Positions 57,572 through 64,000 of a DNA stretch of 64,000 nucleotides are shown piece after piece. Where the stretch lies: IMG/VR virus record IMGVR_UViG_3300036945_000909. One strand, given 5' to 3'. A program made the translations under genes and the position numbers. Under the pieces are notes generated by a model, which had not been told where the DNA came from, did not search any database, and saw nothing but the letters and a program-made list of their open reading frames with translations. The DNA is from an uncultured virus (IMG/VR IMGVR_UViG_3300036945_000909) (lineage: Duplodnaviria; Heunggongvirae; Uroviricota; Caudoviricetes). Position 1 is the stretch's first letter; each line of letters begins with the position of its first letter.

Positions 57572-57982
57572 ATGAGTACCGAATTTCAATTATTTCCAGG
57601 TAAAAGTTTGGGTGATTTGTTTAAAGACATTTATGACAATCAACAAAATAAGAAACAACGAATTTCTGAATTAATCGCAGAGATGAGAAAACTTGTCCGT
57701 CATGCAGGTGATATGGCAGTGATAGGACCAATTCTAAAAGACCTAATTGATACATCAGTTCGTAATGATGATTCCCTAATTAAATTAGCTGCAATTGCAC
57801 AAAGAATAATAGGTGCACAGAATAAAGCAGATGGTGATAGTGGATTCTTAACTGAAGAAGAAAAAAATCAATTGTTAAAAGATTTAGAATTAACTGCGAA
57901 AGAAGTAGTTGGTGAACAAGAACATAAGGTTGATGAATTGACATATGAACTTGAGGAATTAAAACAAAAAATGAGTAAATAA
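57572..57982 (+). CDS. Conserved helical protein preceding the baseplate genes
   Basis: LFKDIY.N and V.NDD.LIKLA.I.QR motifs. Confidence 0.7.
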   Translation: MSTEFQLFPGKSLGDLFKDIYDNQQNKKQRISELIAEMRKLVRHAGDMAVIGPILKDLIDTSVRNDDSLIKLAAIAQRIIGAQNKADGDSGFLTEEEKNQLLKDLELTAKEVVGEQEHKVDELTYELEELKQKMSK

Positions 57983-57983
57983 G

Positions 57984-59279
57984 ATGAGTCAAAGAATACA
58001 ATCTTCATTATCTAGTGCAAACTCCAATAAACAAACACCAACCACCTCTATACAGACAGGTATAGTTGTTGATGTTATTTTGGATGATACACATCCACGT
58101 GTCATAAAAAAAGCAGATACTGAAACTCGTTTTACCGAAAAGAATATGAATTCGTTGGGTGGGGTGGTAGTTAGACCATATTCAGATAGCACAACTGCAG
58201 ACGAAAAATTACAGATATATAAACCAATTGAACCAACCAATTTAGAATTACCTGTTATTGGTGAAGTGGTTGAATTAATAAAAGTAGGTAGTTCGGAATA
58301 CTATAAAAGAATACCTGGCCAGTTTTTAAATAAAGCATCTGCAGTAGAAGGTAGAGCAACTGCTGTATATCCTGATAAAGAAAAACCAACAAACACTGCA
58401 AGTGATTATTCTAAAACTGCAGAAACCGGAACATCCACAACTACAAGTGGAACATCAAGTCCTGAATTAAAAAAATTAGGAAAATATTTTAAACACACTC
58501 CTATCAATAATTTAAAATTATATGAGGGTGATAAATTAATACAATCTCGTTTTGGTCAATCAATTCGATTCAGTGCGTATAACAATGTAAACAATTCGTT
58601 TTCACCAACTATACTAATTCGTAATAGACAAAATACGGAATCACTTGGTAAGTTAAAAGAAGGTGATATAACTGAAGAAGATGTTAATAAAGATGGAACA
58701 ACTATCGCTATTACATCCAACGATTATAAATTAAATTTCCAACCGGGAATTGTAGATGATGGTGGTTCTTCGGATTTCAAAGCAAAACCAGATAATTTTA
58801 AAAAATATCCATCCGAATTAAAAGGTATGGATCAAGTATTGGTGAATTCGGATAGAATTATCATTTCATCAAAACGTGCAGAAATGATATTTTATTCTAA
58901 GGGAAATTATGGATTTATTTCAGATGGAAATTTTTCAATTGATAATTTAAACGGAGGTGCAGATTTAGATTTTGGTAATGATGTAAATATTACAACTAAA
59001 CGAAATAATCGAAATTTAAGAATTGATACTGGCGATGGTAAAGTATTTTTAAATACAGATACATCTGGTAAATCACCTAATACATCTAAATCTACCGAAC
59101 CATTGGTTAGGGGTAATACCTTAAAAGAAATATTAGAAACTTTAATTGATTTGATTAAAGTTCAAGTTTATAAAACACCTGCAGGACCAACTGCAATTGG
59201 ACCAGAAAACAAACCTGATTTTGATGAATTAAAATCAAAATTAACTGAAATGTTGTCAACAAAAAACTTTACAGAATAA
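57984..59279 (+). CDS. Baseplate hub/spike protein (gp5-like)
   Basis: OB-fold LP.IGE.V, EGD.LIQSRFGQSIRF, beta-helical repeats, EPLVRG..L and TPAGP motifs. Confidence 0.7.
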   Translation: MSQRIQSSLSSANSNKQTPTTSIQTGIVVDVILDDTHPRVIKKADTETRFTEKNMNSLGGVVVRPYSDSTTADEKLQIYKPIEPTNLELPVIGEVVELIKVGSSEYYKRIPGQFLNKASAVEGRATAVYPDKEKPTNTASDYSKTAETGTSTTTSGTSSPELKKLGKYFKHTPINNLKLYEGDKLIQSRFGQSIRFSAYNNVNNSFSPTILIRNRQNTESLGKLKEGDITEEDVNKDGTTIAITSNDYKLNFQPGIVDDGGSSDFKAKPDNFKKYPSELKGMDQVLVNSDRIIISSKRAEMIFYSKGNYGFISDGNFSIDNLNGGADLDFGNDVNITTKRNNRNLRIDTGDGKVFLNTDTSGKSPNTSKSTEPLVRGNTLKEILETLIDLIKVQVYKTPAGPTAIGPENKPDFDELKSKLTEMLSTKNFTE

Positions 59280-60445
59280 TGTCATTAGATATTTTTAAGC
59301 AAAATATGCTATCGTATATGCAAAACCAAAATGGAATTGGTTCGTATAGTGATTTTGCAAAAAAATTAACTCAAGAATATGATGCTGCGTGTAAACGTGG
59401 ATTCGAAAGTGTAAATTCAATTAAAATTCAAAAGGGTAATACTGAATTAATGGAATCCATTATAACATCAGTATTAGCAAATGCATTACAACAAGGAAGT
59501 GGAGAACATCCAATAATAACAAATTTAGGACAAGGATTTGTAGGATATTGGACTGGTGCACAGATGAGTTTATCACCACCACCAATCATACCATCTCCTG
59601 GCTCTGTTTCAAATATTGCACAAACATCAAATGCAATTGTAAATCCAGGCGTGTGGCAACCAACCGATACTTTATCATTAGAACCACCAATTGAAGAACC
59701 ACCTAAAAAATCGGTTGAACAATTGTTAGAAGAAATACCCGATGATAATAATACGATTGAGGGTGCAACTGAAGTAGTTGAAGAAACGGGTGTAGATATA
59801 TTAGATGATGACGGTGAAGACCCAGGTCCACAAGTTCAACAGATAAAAGATAAACTTTCGGAAGGATATGATCCAGACGAGGATAATCCCGTTACATATG
59901 ATGATAGTGGAGAACCAGTTTCATCCGAAGAGGTAGATGAATCACCTGCAAGAGTAAAGGGTAAATCCGTTAAATGTGGAGTAGGATTTGATTATACTGC
60001 TAAATTATCAACACATTATCAATTGAGAAATTTATCATTAGACGTAACATTTCCACATAAAATAAAAGCACAGGCTGGATTATCAACAGATGAAATCATT
60101 TGTAATTTAAAAGCAGTTGCTGAAAATATATTAGAACCTCTTCGAGCACAATATCCAAGAATAAAAATTAATTCTGCATTTAGAGGAACTGCATCTATTC
60201 CCGGTGGTATTTCCCAACACCAAAAAGGAGAGGCAGTAGATATTCAAATTCCAGGATTACAACCAAAAGATTATTTACCAGTTGCAAAATGGATAATTAA
60301 AAATTTACCATTTGATCAATTAATTTTTGAACATGGTAAATCTATATGGTTGCACATATCACACAAAAGAAATGGTGCACAGAGATATCAGCAATTAACA
60401 ATGTATAAGGGAAAATACAAACCCGGTCTTAAATTATATTATTAA
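59279..60445 (+). CDS. Baseplate-associated protein with C-terminal peptidase M15 domain
   Basis: LEPLR, INSAFR, SQHQKGEAVD, FDQLIFE and WLHIS motifs after an acidic linker. Confidence 0.85.
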   Translation: MSLDIFKQNMLSYMQNQNGIGSYSDFAKKLTQEYDAACKRGFESVNSIKIQKGNTELMESIITSVLANALQQGSGEHPIITNLGQGFVGYWTGAQMSLSPPPIIPSPGSVSNIAQTSNAIVNPGVWQPTDTLSLEPPIEEPPKKSVEQLLEEIPDDNNTIEGATEVVEETGVDILDDDGEDPGPQVQQIKDKLSEGYDPDEDNPVTYDDSGEPVSSEEVDESPARVKGKSVKCGVGFDYTAKLSTHYQLRNLSLDVTFPHKIKAQAGLSTDEIICNLKAVAENILEPLRAQYPRIKINSAFRGTASIPGGISQHQKGEAVDIQIPGLQPKDYLPVAKWIIKNLPFDQLIFEHGKSIWLHISHKRNGAQRYQQLTMYKGKYKPGLKLYY

Positions 60446-60447
60446 TT

Positions 60448-61410
60448 ATGGCAAAACCAACTGATAATTCGGAAGTATTTTTAGATCAATTGATTGCATC
60501 AATTCAAACTCACTTGCCTACAATTGAGGGGATATATATGACAACTTCATTATACCCACCTGCTATGACACCTGGCCCTGGTATTGTAAAATGGATTGGA
60601 TATACCATAGAACCTGCTAGTCCTAGTCAAAGTGGCGGGGATGAATCGGAAACACCTCAAACAGATGAAGAAATGGTTGCGGAAGAACAAGCGGTAGAAG
60701 AAGCATCAACTTTATCACCCGAACAAGAAGAACAAGCAAATATGGCAACCGATGCGGGATTGGGTATATCAGAATCAACATCTGCAGGTTTATCATATGA
60801 TCCAGATGCACCAATGGTGTTCCCTTCAAGTAATGAAGATGATTCGGATGAATCGAATTCATCTGTAAATGATGGAGAATCTATTAGTGGTTGTAGTGGT
60901 TCTATAATAACACCATCAACTACTATCATAAATGCAATGAGAAAATGGGGAATTACTACTCCATTAGCAAGAGCACATTTCTTAGCACAATGTGCACATG
61001 AAAGTGGTAATTTTAAATATAAGAAAGAAATTTGGGGCCCATCTGGTGCACAACAACGTTATGAAGGTAGACGTGATTTAGGTAATGTAGTTGATGGTGA
61101 TGGAAAACGATTTATGGGTAGAGGTTATATTCAAGTTACAGGTAGAGCAAATTATACACAATTTAATAAAGGAGTTTCTGAAAACGTCATATCAAATCCA
61201 ACATTAGTTGAATCAAAATATGTAGCAGAAACAGCTGCATGGTTTTGGAAAACTCGTAAATTAAATAATTTAGCAATCGATGATACTACTGTATCGGTAA
61301 GACGAATCACCAAAGTAATAAATGGTGGTTATAATGGATTAGATGATAGAATTAAGAAATTCTGTGGATATTGGAAAAAACTAAAAGAAAATCCAAATCT
61401 GTGGTCATAA
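60448..61410 (+). CDS. Baseplate-associated protein with C-terminal GH19 lysozyme domain
   Basis: FLAQCAHESG, GRGYIQVTGRANY, AAWFW and INGGYNGL.DR motifs. Confidence 0.88.
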   Translation: MAKPTDNSEVFLDQLIASIQTHLPTIEGIYMTTSLYPPAMTPGPGIVKWIGYTIEPASPSQSGGDESETPQTDEEMVAEEQAVEEASTLSPEQEEQANMATDAGLGISESTSAGLSYDPDAPMVFPSSNEDDSDESNSSVNDGESISGCSGSIITPSTTIINAMRKWGITTPLARAHFLAQCAHESGNFKYKKEIWGPSGAQQRYEGRRDLGNVVDGDGKRFMGRGYIQVTGRANYTQFNKGVSENVISNPTLVESKYVAETAAWFWKTRKLNNLAIDDTTVSVRRITKVINGGYNGLDDRIKKFCGYWKKLKENPNLWS

Positions 61411-61464
61411 CTATACAAAATCCTCAAAAGATATATTTATAGTAGTAAAATAATATTATTTAAA

Positions 61465-62085
61465 ATGGATAGTAAAAAATTAGCACAATTAATCAAATTA
61501 GTTGTAGAATCTGAAATTAAAAAACAGCTTCCTAAATTAGTAAAGGAAGAAGTTAATAAAAGAATGAAGGTTTTACAAGAAACAAAATCATCTTCAGTAG
61601 TAGAAGAAGTTGAACAGGACCCGTTTGCATTAGCAGAAGCAATGTTGATGAGAGAAAGACAGACACAACCTAAAGAAGTAGTTCAATCACCTCAAAAACA
61701 TTTTACAAAAAATTCTGCAATAAATGAGATTTTAAATCAAACACAACCATTCACCTCAGCACAACGAGCATCCGGCCCTTCGGTTGGTGCATCGGTTTTG
61801 GATAAATTCCAAAGTGCAGAACCTATACAAGAATCGTATGTAAATTCACACATCCCAAATTATATGGATGCCGAACCGGATATTGAAGGAACATTGAATA
61901 TGGGTTCTTCATTAGGAGCAGGTGGAATGGAAGCAATGAGAGCACAAATGGCAGCTAAAATGGGTTATGGTGATATGGGTGGTTCTGCTAAAAGTGGAGG
62001 ATTGGGTGTCACAACTGGTCTTGCAGGTTTAGATAGAATTCTTAATAGAGATAATTCAGAATTAGTTAAGAAATTTAAAAGATAA
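61465..62085 (+). CDS. Hypothetical structural-region protein
   Basis: IK.VV..E, INEILNQT and LNRD.SELVK motifs. Confidence 0.7.
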   Translation: MDSKKLAQLIKLVVESEIKKQLPKLVKEEVNKRMKVLQETKSSSVVEEVEQDPFALAEAMLMRERQTQPKEVVQSPQKHFTKNSAINEILNQTQPFTSAQRASGPSVGASVLDKFQSAEPIQESYVNSHIPNYMDAEPDIEGTLNMGSSLGAGGMEAMRAQMAAKMGYGDMGGSAKSGGLGVTTGLAGLDRILNRDNSELVKKFKR

Positions 62086-62218
62086 TGTATATACCGGGTG
62101 AAGTCATATTTGTATTAATTATAACTTGTGTATGGAGTGGATATTCTATACCTAATAAAATACAAAGATGGAAATCAGGTAAAGGTTGTGATAAATGCAA
62201 ATGTGGAGGTAAATAATT

Positions 62219-62650
62219 ATGGCTTATGTATTAGATAAAAAAGTAGTAAAGGATACGAAAGAATTTAACGATTTCGCATACGGAATTACTTTGCCAGTTC
62301 AGAAAGGTAATACTGGTTACTTTTCACAAGCGTTTTCTTCGTTTGAACAAGCAAAATCTAATTTAAGAAATTTATTGATGACAAAAAAAGGTGAAAGAAT
62401 CATGCAACCAAACTTTGGAACGGGATTACACTCACTTTTATTCGAACCAATGGATTCATCATTTGAAACCAAATTACAAGAAACAATAACTAGCAATGTA
62501 AACTATTGGCTACCATATATTAATATAGAAGAAATTGATATTGAAATGACAGATGCGATGAAAGACAGAAACACTGCACATATGACAATACAATTTACGG
62601 TCGGTAATCAAATAGAAACACAACAAATAACATTTACGGTACAAGGATAA
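62219..62650 (+). CDS. Baseplate wedge subunit gp25-like
   Basis: NLLMTKKGERIMQPNFGT.L..LLFEP and W.PYI motifs. Confidence 0.9.
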   Translation: MAYVLDKKVVKDTKEFNDFAYGITLPVQKGNTGYFSQAFSSFEQAKSNLRNLLMTKKGERIMQPNFGTGLHSLLFEPMDSSFETKLQETITSNVNYWLPYINIEEIDIEMTDAMKDRNTAHMTIQFTVGNQIETQQITFTVQG

Positions 62651-62654
62651 TACA

Positions 62655-64000
62655 ATGGCACTGAATTCAATTACAAAGAAATCAAATCAAGGAAGAGATA
62701 TAAAGTATCTTAATAAAGATTTTTCTAAATTTAGAGAAAACTTAATTGAATATGCCAAAACATATTTTCCAAAAACATATTCAGATTTTAACGAATCATC
62801 TCCTGGTATGATGTTTATAGAAATGGCATCATATGTTGGTGACGTTCTTTCATACTATACAGATGATACATTAAAAGAATCCTTAATGTTATATGCAGAA
62901 GATAAAGAAAACGTTCTTGCTCTTGCACAATATTTAGGATACAAACCAAAAATAACATCACCTGCAATAACAACATTATCGGTGTATCAATTAGTTCCTG
63001 CAATTGGAAGTGGTGATACAAACAGACCAGATAATGATTATTATTTAAGAATAAAAGAAGGGATGATTGTTTCTGGTAGAGATGATATTAAATTTAGAAC
63101 AACTGAAATGGTTGATTTTAATGATGATACTACTCGTGAAATCACCATATACACAAAGGATGAGAACACCGGTGAACCTTCATTATATTTAGTAAAGAAA
63201 CAAGTAAATGCTATTTCTGCTACTTTAAGAACTCAATCAGTTGATTTTGGTGCATCTCAGCAATTTTCAAAAATTGATATTGCAGATACAGATGTTATTC
63301 AAATTTACGATGTTAAAGATTCAAATGGTAATAAGTGGTATGAAGTTCCATATCTTGCACAAGAAATGGTTTTTGTAGATTATCCAATATCGGAACAAAC
63401 TGATAAGGATTTAGTTGAATTTAAAGATTCAGTATCAAGTGTTTTAAAATTAACAAAAACATCACGTAGATTCGTTACGAAAATAAATTCAGATAATACT
63501 ACAACAATTGTTTTTGGTGGAGGTAATTCCGCATCATCGGATGAAACTCTCATACCAAATTTTAAAAATGTTGGATTGGGTTTAAAATCATCAATTGATA
63601 AATTGGGTGCATCATTTGACCCTGCAAATTTCTTAAAAACAACAACATACGGTCAGGCACCATCGAACACTACTATTACATTTTCATATTTAGTTGGGGG
63701 TGGTATAAATTCAAACGTTCCTGCGGGAGATTTAACTACAATCGATAGAGTAGAATTTGATGATGATATAACCGCGTTTAATACAAATGATTTAAGATTA
63801 TACAAACAAGCAAAATCATCGGTTGCGGTATCAAATGAAATTCCGGCAACAGGTGGTAGAGGTGAAGAGACGATTGAAGAAATTAGAGAAAATGCATTGG
63901 CAAACTTTGGTTCTCAAAATCGTGCAGTGACTCGTAAAGATTATCAAGTAAGAGCTTTATCGCTACCTGCAAAGTATGGTGGTATTGCAAAAGCATATTG
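62655..64000 (+). CDS. Baseplate wedge subunit gp6-like (runs off the window)
   Basis: KDF..FR.NLI.YAK.YFP..YSDFNE.SPG.MFIE.A.YVGDVL, A.GG...E..EEIR and QNRAVT..DY motifs. Confidence 0.9.
   Translation, partial: MALNSITKKSNQGRDIKYLNKDFSKFRENLIEYAKTYFPKTYSDFNESSPGMMFIEMASYVGDVLSYYTDDTLKESLMLYAEDKENVLALAQYLGYKPKITSPAITTLSVYQLVPAIGSGDTNRPDNDYYLRIKEGMIVSGRDDIKFRTTEMVDFNDDTTREITIYTKDENTGEPSLYLVKKQVNAISATLRTQSVDFGASQQFSKIDIADTDVIQIYDVKDSNGNKWYEVPYLAQEMVFVDYPISEQTDKDLVEFKDSVSSVLKLTKTSRRFVTKINSDNTTTIVFGGGNSASSDETLIPNFKNVGLGLKSSIDKLGASFDPANFLKTTTYGQAPSNTTITFSYLVGGGINSNVPAGDLTTIDRVEFDDDITAFNTNDLRLYKQAKSSVAVSNEIPATGGRGEETIEEIRENALANFGSQNRAVTRKDYQVRALSLPAKYGGIAKAY

Noticed and set aside
18723..63021. 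Minus-strand and alternate-frame ORFs nested in long genes (e.g. 37347, 41449, 52740, 62815)
   Set aside because: They are shadow ORFs of well-supported + strand genes.
1..64000. Stop-codon reassignment or suppressor tRNA
   Set aside because: Known genes are full length in the standard code and no CTA/TCA/TTA anticodon was found. The Leu TAG/TAA and Ser TGA labels are anticodons, not suppressors.

Overview
This window is a 64 kb segment of a large AT-rich T4-like (myovirus-type) jumbo phage genome, with almost all genes on the + strand. The host is probably a Bacteroidota member: about 20 copies of the TTTG..TAnnTTTG promoter signature occur, along with Bacteroidota-style lipoproteins. From left to right the window contains: (1) an RNA-repair/anti-defence block (RNA ligase, cyclic-phosphate receiver domain, HAD, Fpg/Nei, Acb1-like 2H phosphoesterase); (2) an ~11 kb RNA island with a tmRNA, a probable GOLLD RNA, about 26 tRNAs covering all 20 amino acids, several aberrant tRNA-like RNAs and unexplained structured RNAs; (3) accessory and nucleotide-metabolism genes; (4) a 32.5-40.7 kb tailoring-enzyme cluster (2OG-Fe(II) oxygenases, flavin-dependent halogenase, sulfotransferase-like proteins); (5) DNA repair and metabolism genes, a gp55-like sigma factor and a carbamoyltransferase; (6) the start of the baseplate module. 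The strongest candidate for a new system is the cluster in (4). It centres on an ATP-grasp-like/Hint fusion predicted to self-release a 29-aa Cys/Trp/Tyr-rich peptide. Nearly every soluble protein around it, plus a distant B12 radical SAM enzyme, ends in the same basic-x-[S/T]-[L/I]-[L/I]-COOH tail, which looks like a shared docking or targeting tag. All family calls come from motif recognition by eye; no database search was run.
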